DNA of 35,034 nt from positions 1 to 35,034 of the IMG/VR virus record IMGVR_UViG_3300029156_000010. One strand, given 5' to 3'. Origin of the DNA: a virus. A program made the translations under genes and the position numbers. Below the pieces are notes generated by a model, which did no database searches, was not told the DNA's origin, and worked only from the letters and a program-made list of their open reading frames with translations. Positions 1-9,106 of this stretch are shown here, one piece after another; within the stretch, counting starts at the first letter, position 1, and each line of letters starts with the position of its first letter.

Positions 1-99
1 TTTCCCATTCAGCACATCCACGTCAAAAAGATAAGAAGTGTCTGAGTTGCCTACTATATCACCTGAAAGCACGCGCTCTTGCTTGGTGCCATTGTAGTT
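1..99. repeat. 99-bp direct terminal overlap, identical to 34936..35034. This is a circular-assembly closure or terminal redundancy.
   Basis: Bases 1-99 (tttcccattcagcacatcca...gtgccattgtagtt) recur exactly at 34936-35034. Confidence 0.95.
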
Positions 100-813
100 T
101 GTGTACCCGTTGTGAGCTATGTTTTGCGCTGATATTCTAAAATCTTCATTGTCTGAATCGAATCTAAAGCCACCGTCGTCATCTGTAAAAAGTGAAGCAC
201 CTGTTCCTAAATTAATATATACAAAATTGCCATTTTCACCCGCATTACGTCTCATGGTAGCTGAGTAATCAGAATGAACGCTGTTAGCTGTCGACCTAAA
301 ATCGAAGCCTGTGGTCGTTGCAAGTTCTGCTATGGCGCTTAAATAACCAAGTTCAACGATATTTGCATCACCCTTAACCATATGGTTAAAAAGGTTTATA
401 CGATCGGCATCGGTAGTTCCTTGAAAAGAGATTTGCTTACCGCCATGAGTAACAATGGTGTTGCTTGGCGTAAGAGATCCGCTACCCTGATAAATACTTT
501 GACCTAGACTAGAAGCTAAACCCCATGCGTAAAAACCACCCGCCGAAATAGGGACATAAAGATTTGCATCAATAGGGGCGTCAGGGAGCCCGTAGGTAAC
601 CACATCACCGGTAACATCAACTTCAGTAAAGTTCCCAGCTTCAAAAGTGTAGGATGATCCGCCAAGAGGTATATCGGTTGTGAATGTTGCAGGTTCGTCT
701 GTCAAGAGGGTTAAAACCTCTGTGCCTTGATTGTAGTTGAGGGATGTTACGTTTGACCCATCTCCACCACCACCGCCAGAGCCTTTTTTAGGATAGGTAG
801 CGTAGAAACTCAT
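1..813 (-). CDS. Tail fibre protein, N-terminal part. The gene continues across the circular junction into 33970..34935, giving about 592 aa in total.
   Basis: ATG at 813..811 overlaps the TGA of the upstream gene (ATGA). I checked all triplets from 813 down to 1 and found no stop. The frame is continuous with ORF 33970..35007 through the 99-bp overlap (..NYNGTKQERVLSGDIVGNSDTSYLFDVDVLNGK..). The N-terminus is MSFYATYPKKGSGGGGGDGSNVTSLNYNQGT. Confidence 0.8.
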   Translation of the reverse strand, partial: MSFYATYPKKGSGGGGGDGSNVTSLNYNQGTEVLTLLTDEPATFTTDIPLGGSSYTFEAGNFTEVDVTGDVVTYGLPDAPIDANLYVPISAGGFYAWGLASSLGQSIYQGSGSLTPSNTIVTHGGKQISFQGTTDADRINLFNHMVKGDANIVELGYLSAIAELATTTGFDFRSTANSVHSDYSATMRRNAGENGNFVYINLGTGASLFTDDDGGFRFDSDNEDFRISAQNIAHNGYTNYNGTKQERVLSGDIVGNSDTSYLFDVDVLNGK

Positions 814-1172
814 AGAGCTTTACCCCCAATAACTACGTCTAATTCGCCAGTTGACCCTCCGAGAGGGAACCATACAACCCTGAACAAGTAACCTTGATGC
901 TCTCTTACATTTAAGAAGCCTGTACCGCTTGAGCCATCAACCGAAAGCGTACCCTGTATGTCCATTTGGTTTTCAGGTATAGCACTCCAAACATTCCCAG
1001 AGTTTGAAACTTCAATAGAGAACTGCCCCACAATGTCCGAGGTAGTCCAAGAAAACTCAAGGGAAAACCCGCCAAGGTGCTGCATATTCATTGTTTGGGA
1101 AATTAACGCCTGGCTCATATCGGCTTTATCGAAAATTTTATTTGGTGTTAATGTGTTTACTCTTCCGCTCAT
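810..1172 (-). CDS. Small beta-rich virion-associated protein (120 aa), function unknown.
   Basis: The ORF is stop/start coupled (ATGA) to the fibre gene. Its composition is typical of beta-sandwich modules. Its C-terminus resembles the C-termini of both fibre proteins. Confidence 0.6.
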   Translation of the reverse strand: MSGRVNTLTPNKIFDKADMSQALISQTMNMQHLGGFSLEFSWTTSDIVGQFSIEVSNSGNVWSAIPENQMDIQGTLSVDGSSGTGFLNVREHQGYLFRVVWFPLGGSTGELDVVIGGKAL

Positions 1173-1179
1173 AGCTTCC

Positions 1180-3504
1180 TCACTTGTTACTTATTCTCGT
1201 TACATCTGTTTGCATGTCTTGAACTTTAACCGGTTTGGCTGCATTCTGCGCCTGCTGCTCTTCTTCATCGGCGTATGTTTGCTGAAAGAAGTTTATCATT
1301 TCCAATGAAGGGTCGGTAGGTTCTTCTAATAAAAGTGCAAGTTGCAATCTGAATGTATATGGCAATTCTTCGTCCGTATCCTGTAGAGATTCGATGAACT
1401 TGCCTTGTATTCTTTTAAAAATAGCAGGATATATGGCCTTTAAAGCCTCGACTGATTCAGGGGTTAAGGAGCCTTCCTCCATGTCGTCCAAGACGCTGAA
1501 AGGATTTTCAATGACACGTAGGCGCTGCTCAAAATTGGCAAGCTCAGCATCGTTGGGAGGGTAATCAGCCTTGTAATACGCTGTAGATGGTCGGCTTTTC
1601 TTGGGAATCATGTCACCAAAGTACTTTGACATTAACGCATTCTTACGCGCATAAGCTTCCGAAATCTGTGGAGCGCCAGTTGACGCCAAAACGCCCGTGA
1701 TGTCGCTGATTTCTTTAGCCGCGAAGTCTGGATTTTCCGTAAATTGGAGTACTCTGTCACGAATACGTTCGAAATTTTCAACTTTCTCTTCTTTTGTTTG
1801 CCCAAGGCGCACTCCGGTCAGTGTTGCTTTTTGTCTAATTTCGTCAACCGTCATTTTAGGCCGTTTAACCATGTTCGTAATGACGCTAGGAATTGTTTCG
1901 AGCTTATCGGAGACCCTTTTCATGGCATTTTCACTGTAAAGTATGCCAAAGTTTCGGTAGTTTCTGAAAATAGGGGACAAAGCAATACCGCCAGCAACAC
2001 CAAGGCCCATGGCAGTTTCATCACCAACGAGATCGCCTACCGCACCCCCAACAAGGGCGCCCGTACCAAGAGATGCTGCGCTTCCGACGCTTGCAAAAGG
2101 TCTTTTGATGTCTCTGCCCGCTTTTCGCCTCAAAGGCTCCATAACATCAAGCAAAATAGACACTTCACGGTTTGCCCCACGCCATGCGTTAGCAATATCC
2201 GGGTTGTTCTTGTCCACAATCTCTTCGATTGCCTTGTCAAACTCTCTTACGGCCTTACTTTGACCAGCGTCTTGCGTGGTTCTCTTGCCTATTTCTTTAT
2301 TAAAGTTGATTTCAGCAGAGGTCGCACGCTTTAGCTCTAAAAGCTCAGAAGCATTAACTTGCCTTGCGTTCTGTACAAACCTATCGTCCACTTCATCAAT
2401 CAATTTATTCAAGGTGTTGACTGAATTTGTTCCACCGACTGCTTTTGTGGCGCCAGCCTTCATTGCGCTTAGCTCTTGAATTACTTTTCGACCCACTTCC
2501 GCACTATCTGTGGTTCCTTTTGCGTTTACGGCAAGGTCATCAAGCGCCGCTACTCTGTCATCTAGGTATGATTGAACGCGTGGAAGGAAATCTTCAGGGT
2601 CTACAGTCTCAAGATCCATCCCGATCTTCTTTGTGATGTCCAAAAGGTCATCCTGAAAGTCGTCACCGTGCCTTTTTGTAAACTTGCGTAACTCTGTAGG
2701 CGTTGGGTCAAAAACATTCACTACCACGTCGCGCGGATTAAACTGTTTTTTAATGGGGTTTACGACTGCTTTACTTAAACCTTTAACCGGTTTGGCCATA
2801 AAATCTAACGCGCCTTTGCTCGCACGACTGCCAAGACCAAAAGTAGCTGACAACAATCCGCCAGCAGCAAGAGACTCGGCAGCTATACCAAACCTTTCCA
2901 TTGGGTCTGCATTGTCTGCTAGAGCGGCTTCTGTAATTGCGTAGGGTGAAGATAAAAGAACACCTTCAGTTGCTAGTTGTGCTGTCTTGTCGATGGTTTT
3001 AGCTGCAATTGATTTAGCCGCCGCCATCTTTCCGGTCTGCTTGAGACCTTGCTCTGCCAGTTTTGCAGTAAATAGCTTCTGCACACCCTTTGTAGCTACC
3101 TGACCGCCTTTACCTATTGCTTTAAATATAGGGCCACCATAAGCAAGAGAGCCTAAGAATCCAGCAGTGCCACCAATGGCATTTGAAGCCATGTGTTCTT
3201 TCTTCAAAGCTTCTTTTTTAGCAACTTCTAAAGGATCTTCTGTCTGATCGTAGATCATTTCAGGTAAACCTATGGCCAATTCATCAAGAGCTTGTACAAG
3301 TCCTGTCTTAACAGCACCTTTCAGACCTTTGTTTTCATCCACGTATTCGCGTGTAGCCGCCTGCGTGGGGGTCTCTAGTTGAAATCCGCTGTTCAGAGCT
3401 TCAGATACGTGCTGGTCTGGTATAGAATAAGGCTCCCCGTCGGAATTCCGCATGCGGATATTCCCAGTTTTCTTATCCCGTAATGCTTTTAGGCTTCCGG
3501 ACAC
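1180..3504 (-). CDS. Large internal virion / DNA-ejection protein (774 aa).
   Basis: GTG start preceded by AAGGGGA. It has Gly/Ala-rich hydrophobic segments (GGTAGFLGSLAYGG, AAGGLLSATFGLG, GTGALVGGAVGDLVG..GLGVAGGIALSPIF). It lies downstream of the needle-like gene and upstream of the fibres. Confidence 0.55.
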   Translation of the reverse strand: MSGSLKALRDKKTGNIRMRNSDGEPYSIPDQHVSEALNSGFQLETPTQAATREYVDENKGLKGAVKTGLVQALDELAIGLPEMIYDQTEDPLEVAKKEALKKEHMASNAIGGTAGFLGSLAYGGPIFKAIGKGGQVATKGVQKLFTAKLAEQGLKQTGKMAAAKSIAAKTIDKTAQLATEGVLLSSPYAITEAALADNADPMERFGIAAESLAAGGLLSATFGLGSRASKGALDFMAKPVKGLSKAVVNPIKKQFNPRDVVVNVFDPTPTELRKFTKRHGDDFQDDLLDITKKIGMDLETVDPEDFLPRVQSYLDDRVAALDDLAVNAKGTTDSAEVGRKVIQELSAMKAGATKAVGGTNSVNTLNKLIDEVDDRFVQNARQVNASELLELKRATSAEINFNKEIGKRTTQDAGQSKAVREFDKAIEEIVDKNNPDIANAWRGANREVSILLDVMEPLRRKAGRDIKRPFASVGSAASLGTGALVGGAVGDLVGDETAMGLGVAGGIALSPIFRNYRNFGILYSENAMKRVSDKLETIPSVITNMVKRPKMTVDEIRQKATLTGVRLGQTKEEKVENFERIRDRVLQFTENPDFAAKEISDITGVLASTGAPQISEAYARKNALMSKYFGDMIPKKSRPSTAYYKADYPPNDAELANFEQRLRVIENPFSVLDDMEEGSLTPESVEALKAIYPAIFKRIQGKFIESLQDTDEELPYTFRLQLALLLEEPTDPSLEMINFFQQTYADEEEQQAQNAAKPVKVQDMQTDVTRISNK

Positions 3505-4779
3505 TTATTCCCCTTTAAATTGTGAAAAATCTGTACCACCCTGGAAGCCACGCGCTTTCAAAAAGGTTCTTTCTTTTCTTTCTAGCATGTTTTCAAGGTT
3601 TTGAAGCTTTGTCATTGTTGTCGGAGAGAAAGAAAGGGGGTCCTCTGGGATCAATTTATTTAAAAGATCCATATCAGGTCCAGCCAAAACGCCCAGCTCA
3701 GCAATGTTTTTCATAATCAATGCAGCTTCCGTAGCCAATTGCTTACCCTTAGCCACAGACGAACGATTCAAAATTTCTCCGCCGCCTTGTTTTTTTCGCA
3801 GGCCCTTCATTTCCTTAACAAGCTCTTTTAAAGTTGTTGAGTCAGATAGGTATGATTTTGTTTTTTTAGCATCGTCTTTTGTCAAAGCCATGCCCTGACC
3901 AGGAACAAACCGCTCTAAATCCATTTGTTGACGACGGTTTTTCATGAGGTGCATTTCCATTTGCTGGTTATTCTTGTCCATCTGGTCTTGGAGAACGCCC
4001 AAGCCTTTCTCAGTATTGGCAGCAATCAAAGGGTTTTCATACTTCTGCCCTTGTATCTGAAGCTCTCTTTGTAGTTTTTTGAGAATAGCATCTTGCGCGG
4101 CATAGCGAGCGGTTTGGCGGTCACCAAATTCGTCTTTAAGTTCGCTGTAAATACCCTTTGTGCCTTCAATCTCTTTCATTTGCTTGTCGAGATCAGCCTG
4201 GATACCACGCTCAATAACTTTAACTGCCTGGTTCTGACCCGTCCCGTTAGGGGCTGACCCCATAAAAAGAGCTAGACCCATAAGAATCTTTCCGCCCACA
4301 CTCTTATCTGCAAACATATCTGCCACATTTGCGTTAGATTGAGCGTATTTTTCAAGTTTTTGATCAATTTCGACGCGTTTTGAAGCAATTTCATTCTCTT
4401 CTTGCTGTCTTTTTTCGATTATGTCTGCTTGAGCCATATCTGCCTGACGTTGACCCTCGACCATTGTGTCGTAAAGTTCATCCGCACGGGCCGCTTTAAT
4501 GGAACCCTCTTTGGCAGTTGCCTCTTGCTGAATCTTTAATCCCTCATTGCGTGCGTAAGGCTCTGAAATGCCTGGAGCGTAGGATTCTTGTTCTAAAGGC
4601 TGAGCAGTCGGAGTGAAATCCACTTGCTGCGCAGTTTGTACCTGTGTCATGGGATCTACGGGACCAGGTTCAATACCTTCCATACGCTTTTCAAGTCTAT
4701 CGCTGATACTGGGAACTTCTTCTTCACCTTCAAACCTTTTTTTTAGTCTGTCAGCTACATTTGGCTCTAAAAATGGCAT
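3505..4779 (-). CDS. Internal virion / ejection protein, coiled-coil rich (424 aa).
   Basis: The ORF has a TAATG overlap with the upstream gene. It is rich in charged heptad-like sequence and has one hydrophobic segment (GGKILMGLALFMGSAP). The call rests on its position in the ejection-protein block. Confidence 0.5.
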   Translation of the reverse strand: MPFLEPNVADRLKKRFEGEEEVPSISDRLEKRMEGIEPGPVDPMTQVQTAQQVDFTPTAQPLEQESYAPGISEPYARNEGLKIQQEATAKEGSIKAARADELYDTMVEGQRQADMAQADIIEKRQQEENEIASKRVEIDQKLEKYAQSNANVADMFADKSVGGKILMGLALFMGSAPNGTGQNQAVKVIERGIQADLDKQMKEIEGTKGIYSELKDEFGDRQTARYAAQDAILKKLQRELQIQGQKYENPLIAANTEKGLGVLQDQMDKNNQQMEMHLMKNRRQQMDLERFVPGQGMALTKDDAKKTKSYLSDSTTLKELVKEMKGLRKKQGGGEILNRSSVAKGKQLATEAALIMKNIAELGVLAGPDMDLLNKLIPEDPLSFSPTTMTKLQNLENMLERKERTFLKARGFQGGTDFSQFKGE

Positions 4780-5735
4780 TATTTTTTCCCCATTTCTTTC
4801 ATTTTTTTATGAAGATGCGCATTGCTCGCAAGCATTGCTGATACAGCCTTAGCCATGTCCACGCCCTTACCCTTTTCAGTATCAACAACCATGTTTTTGC
4901 CTACTTTGGACTTCATAAGGTCTTGCGCTTTGATACCTAGCTGCTTTTCACCCTTCGGATCATCCTTGTATGAGAAGGAAATAGGCTCCAGTTTGTCCAA
5001 AAAGTCATCCATTTTGGCTGGTTTGATATCTTCTTTGACATTTTCATCTGACATAAGAACCGAAGCAAGCGCCTGACCACCCTGGGAAACAAGTTGCCCA
5101 CGTCTAGTTTGTCCAGAGTTGAATCGATCGCTATTAATTCCAGCCGAACCAAGCCTTTGATTTGCTTCAAGGCGTTCTCTTTCGATCTGCGCGTCTCTGT
5201 CTGTGTTAGCGTAATCCATTCCCTGGGTTCTAGCTTGTGTTGAAAGATTTCCACCCGCTGAAGTTGTGCTTGATTGTGCCCCACGTGCTGCAATCTCTTG
5301 AGATATAGCGTCGTTAACTTCCTGCATTCTTGCACGTGTACCCTGGCCCGCTGCCTCTTGGTTAATATCTGCGCCTACGCGGGCTGCGTTACGTGCTGCT
5401 ATAGCTGGATTCACTGCTTTATTGGTTACAGCAGATGAAACCTGACTCGCAAGGTTCTTTTGCATCGCTTGGTCAAGAAAGGATTGCGCCAAGGAAGGGC
5501 CTTCGCCTCTTGCGCGAGCTGACACAGCATCGATTAAAGGATCGTATCCAACAATTTGCTTATTGAGCTGTTCAATAAAGCGGCTTTGGATGCCTCGATC
5601 CTGATCCATCATCTCTTGGTTTTCAGGGCTTAGCTCGAAAGCTTCGTCTCGAAACTGATACGGATCCATACTGGATTGCTGTCCAGCTCCGATTGCGCCT
5701 GTAACACCTTTAACTGCTTTTTTTACAAATCCCAT
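4779..5735 (-). CDS. Fibre/needle-like protein with a C-terminal Peptidase S74 intramolecular chaperone domain.
   Basis: The C-terminus SDENVKEDIKPAKMDDFLDKLEPISFSYKDDPKGEKQLGIKAQDL..VDMAKAVSAMLASNAHLHKKMKE fits the S74 pattern. That pattern is SDxxxK, then YxYK, then GxxAQ(E/D), then a C-terminal helix. The N-terminal 228 aa are Q/A/N/R-rich and look helical. Confidence 0.75.
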   Translation of the reverse strand: MGFVKKAVKGVTGAIGAGQQSSMDPYQFRDEAFELSPENQEMMDQDRGIQSRFIEQLNKQIVGYDPLIDAVSARARGEGPSLAQSFLDQAMQKNLASQVSSAVTNKAVNPAIAARNAARVGADINQEAAGQGTRARMQEVNDAISQEIAARGAQSSTTSAGGNLSTQARTQGMDYANTDRDAQIERERLEANQRLGSAGINSDRFNSGQTRRGQLVSQGGQALASVLMSDENVKEDIKPAKMDDFLDKLEPISFSYKDDPKGEKQLGIKAQDLMKSKVGKNMVVDTEKGKGVDMAKAVSAMLASNAHLHKKMKEMGKK

Positions 5736-6118
5736 GGGTTTAAGTCCTTTGTTACCATTGTATATTTTTGTTCATGTTTTTGAAAATTAAATTTTTCTGC
5801 GCGATTTATAACCGCCTGCATCTCTGTGAAACCTATAAGGGTCTTGAACCCCATGCCCATAGCTTCCAAAACAACACACTCGATACATTCGTCTAAAGCC
5901 TCGGTTCTTGATTCTTTATCAATGTTCGGGTTGTATATAATGCTTTCGATAAGGCAAATAGAACTATCAGTCTGGTAAAGAAACGCCGCTGCAATGTTGT
6001 CAACGATGAATCCTACATCTGGATAGCTATGATTTGGAGGTGGTTTGACCCCATGAGACTGCCACCACCCTTCAAACTGGTCAAAGTCATCTTCTCTGTA
6101 TCTACGTGCGCCGATCAT
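5723..6118 (-). CDS. GNAT-like (acetyltransferase-fold) protein in the slot between the tail hub and the needle/ejection genes.
   Basis: 131 aa. RYREDDFDQFEGWW, AAAFLYQTD, LEAMGMGFKTL and RAEKFNFQK follow GNAT strand/helix order. The canonical R/QxxGxG/A loop is not obvious. Confidence 0.45.
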   Translation of the reverse strand: MIGARRYREDDFDQFEGWWQSHGVKPPPNHSYPDVGFIVDNIAAAFLYQTDSSICLIESIIYNPNIDKESRTEALDECIECVVLEAMGMGFKTLIGFTEMQAVINRAEKFNFQKHEQKYTMVTKDLNPWDL

Positions 6119-9078
6119 GATGTCCCAAAGTTGTTGACTGCTGAGTATTTTCGGAGAGTCTTTTTGACTCCGACCTCTAAAGCAATGTTAGAAAGGCTAT
6201 ATCCTTCGCCAAATGTATTCAAATGAGTTTGACTGTCTTGAAATCTGAATCTAAGGCTTGTGCACTTTTGCTGCGTCATGTGAGTCTTAAATTCGTACAA
6301 AGGGTACCCTCCGCCATAGCCAAAAGATGAATCATCGGAACCATATGGGGACGTGTCTCCATAAGCCTGGATATTATATACATCACCAATGTCGATAGTT
6401 GCAAACTGTGAGAAGTTAGGATTGAAATCATACCCGATAGCCACTTCCATTTTGTGGTCTGACTTGTAATCACCTAAGAAAATCATACGGTAAATACGCT
6501 GGAACCCCTGCATTTGAGCCATGGAGATCCATCCAGTAGTGATTTTCATTGAAATGGGTAGGTTGCCATCGGTAAATGAATCGTTTTCTTTCCATACCTG
6601 ACCGTCAGAGCGAAGATATACGAATCTTCCATCCCATACATCGGAATCTTCTGCTGGTTGGTTTGTGAATGTGCCCCACTGGTTAAAGTAGTAATCGTAC
6701 ATTAAGGTCGTACCTTCTTCAGTAACGTATCGAATCTGGTTAGTATCTGGAACAGATGCACCTGAAGAAATGGTTAATCCGTTAAAGCCTTCCACTCGGT
6801 CGCCTATGTATTGAACCTGTAGAGATCTATTTATAATGTATATGCCCTTTGATGACTTGAACATGATACCATCTGGGGTTTGCTCTACCGAGTTAGGGTC
6901 TACACAACCCGCGTCAGTGGTGATCAATTGAGCATCTCCATAATCAGAGCCACCGCCTGCACTGTTTGGTCCGTCTCCAGAGATGAAGAACACCGCTTGG
7001 CTCTTGAAAAGCAAGAGGTTTGAATCAAGTACAGCCAAAGCAGTAATCGGGCCGCCTTCAGCATCAACACGGTCGCCAAATTCGCTAACAAACTCCACTG
7101 GCAGCCCAGCTTCGCGCTCTTTTGAGTATGCGTAAGTAAGTTGGTCAGGCAATCCAGCAAGAAAGACTCTGTTTTTATACGTAACAACCAAAGAAGAGGA
7201 CGGGGGCGCAGTATTTTCAAAGATTCCGCCAGTTGTATAGAGCAAATCGTTTGTGATAATCGTTTCATCCGACAACGTGTCAGTGAAATTCAAAGAATCT
7301 ACATCCGTGTCATTTAAAAGCGGTGCTATGATGGATGTCACGCGGTAATAATTGGTGCCATCGGCTGTGGTTCTGTAAACAACAAGACGAACTGGAGCGC
7401 GGTTGTCTCGCTTGGCAGTAAGTCTCAATGTAGGGATGGTAATATCAACACTCTGCGATGCTCCTCCTCCAGATAAGACCAATTGCTCTGCAATAGATGG
7501 GGCTGATCGGTGAATCTGACCTAAATTGTCAGTCCATTCGTAACAAATTTGATATGATCTTGTTCCATCTGACAAAGATCCGCCTGCTGCTTGAGCTGTG
7601 AACGTCGATCCTTCTGGAAATAAATGGAAATTGTGTTCTGTCACGCTTACGCCGTCATAAGATTGAAGGATCCCGCCCACAATATGAAGTTGACCAAGCT
7701 GCGCGTTTTGAAATTTGTTTTCGCTGGAGAAATCTAGGGAAGTGGCGAAGATGCCGAACGTAGAGAAGATCTCGCTGTCCTCTGTATCAATAGAAGTCTT
7801 TTCTTGGTGGCCAAATAGGAAAGTACTAGGACCAATTTGGGGCACTTCAGTCAATAATGAGTTGCCAGAGTGATCTCCAGAGGTACCGTATGACATTTTT
7901 GCAACGATGTTACCCTCATTTGAGACAGTGAAGTAGGTAGATTGGAACTGACTGACGTGTACTACGTTCACATAACATAGATCATTGAAGATAAAGACCT
8001 TGGACGCAAGCCCAACGCTTCTTTTAAACACTCCAAGGACTGAAAACGATCCAGTGATGTCAATTGTACTGGTTTGGATCAAGTAATCCTGCGTTTCAGC
8101 GTTAGAAATCGTATACCAGAGCTGCATCTGGTTACCCACAACACATCCAGTCATGTTTACAACATCCGCAATCGTTTCAATAACCGTAACCGGAAGCAAT
8201 TCAGCTAGAAGGAAGTTATATACAGTGACTGCAATTTCATCTGAGGCATTCGAGAAGGAAATCCATACATTTTGATTTTCGTCAGTGGTGATGAAAAGAG
8301 CGTTTGTAGCGTTTTGGGGTATAAAAGTAGGGGCAGAAATAACAAATCCGTCCGTGATTGTTCTTACGCTGACCGTGCTCGTATCATCATGGTACGCAAC
8401 AAATTGACGATCGCCAACAAGCACTACATCATAATTGTTTGAAGCATTCATGTCATTTGTGAATATAAAAGGCCCTGCGATGTCTGAAGGGGTGTTCTTA
8501 GACACATACTGATATCGAAGTGAGGTGTCACCGGCTTCGGTGTACCAAATAACCAAGAAGTCACCGAGTTTGGTTACTTTAGGTGCTGACGCGTCCACAG
8601 ATAGCTGCTTATCGAACACGTAAACAGTTCCGAACTGCTGGTCTATAACAGAGAAACGAACGCCGCCACGGTCATCCTCCCAAGCATAACAAGTAATGTT
8701 ACCCAAAGAGTCGCAACTTACGTTGTTTTGATCATATCCGTTCTTGATAATGGGTGCATCCTTGGCAATTACAGATACAACGTTTCCTTTTTCGACCCAT
8801 GAGCGGTTAGTTTTCCCGTAGGAATACATTTTTTTGCCTGTGTAGAGGTTTAATTCATCGTTATATATGCCAATAGCTTCCCCGGCTTCGATTTCACCAC
8901 CACCTGTAATGGTTTTGGGCAGTGTTTCGTATCCAAATCGCTTGTTAAGAGCCCCTGCTTTTGTAAATACAGCATTTTCAAGCTCTAAAAGTTCAGCAGG
9001 CGTGACAAGCTTTTCATCTTTCTTGGTGTTGATACCGCTTGTCATCGACACATTGACTGTTTGGCGCATTAAAGGCAT
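6115..9078 (-). CDS. Large tail hub / nozzle-type structural protein (987 aa).
   Basis: It is the longest ORF, beta-rich, with repeats that suggest a propeller. It has an ATGA overlap with the next gene. The call rests on position after the adaptor and fibre genes; no enzymatic motif was seen. Confidence 0.5.
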   Translation of the reverse strand: MPLMRQTVNVSMTSGINTKKDEKLVTPAELLELENAVFTKAGALNKRFGYETLPKTITGGGEIEAGEAIGIYNDELNLYTGKKMYSYGKTNRSWVEKGNVVSVIAKDAPIIKNGYDQNNVSCDSLGNITCYAWEDDRGGVRFSVIDQQFGTVYVFDKQLSVDASAPKVTKLGDFLVIWYTEAGDTSLRYQYVSKNTPSDIAGPFIFTNDMNASNNYDVVLVGDRQFVAYHDDTSTVSVRTITDGFVISAPTFIPQNATNALFITTDENQNVWISFSNASDEIAVTVYNFLLAELLPVTVIETIADVVNMTGCVVGNQMQLWYTISNAETQDYLIQTSTIDITGSFSVLGVFKRSVGLASKVFIFNDLCYVNVVHVSQFQSTYFTVSNEGNIVAKMSYGTSGDHSGNSLLTEVPQIGPSTFLFGHQEKTSIDTEDSEIFSTFGIFATSLDFSSENKFQNAQLGQLHIVGGILQSYDGVSVTEHNFHLFPEGSTFTAQAAGGSLSDGTRSYQICYEWTDNLGQIHRSAPSIAEQLVLSGGGASQSVDITIPTLRLTAKRDNRAPVRLVVYRTTADGTNYYRVTSIIAPLLNDTDVDSLNFTDTLSDETIITNDLLYTTGGIFENTAPPSSSLVVTYKNRVFLAGLPDQLTYAYSKEREAGLPVEFVSEFGDRVDAEGGPITALAVLDSNLLLFKSQAVFFISGDGPNSAGGGSDYGDAQLITTDAGCVDPNSVEQTPDGIMFKSSKGIYIINRSLQVQYIGDRVEGFNGLTISSGASVPDTNQIRYVTEEGTTLMYDYYFNQWGTFTNQPAEDSDVWDGRFVYLRSDGQVWKENDSFTDGNLPISMKITTGWISMAQMQGFQRIYRMIFLGDYKSDHKMEVAIGYDFNPNFSQFATIDIGDVYNIQAYGDTSPYGSDDSSFGYGGGYPLYEFKTHMTQQKCTSLRFRFQDSQTHLNTFGEGYSLSNIALEVGVKKTLRKYSAVNNFGTS

Positions 9079-9106
9079 TTAAATCCTCCAAGGTTAGGCG
9101 ATAAAA

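Noticed and set aside
958-2944. Plus-strand ORFs inside the late module (958..1308, 1697..1939, 1744..2334, 2009..2263, 2276..2479, 2427..2636, 2684..2944). Similar antisense ORFs occur throughout 3500-19700.
   Set aside because: They lie antisense to long, motif-supported minus-strand genes. Their composition is low-complexity (S/L/F/R-rich). They have no SD and no coupling to neighbours.
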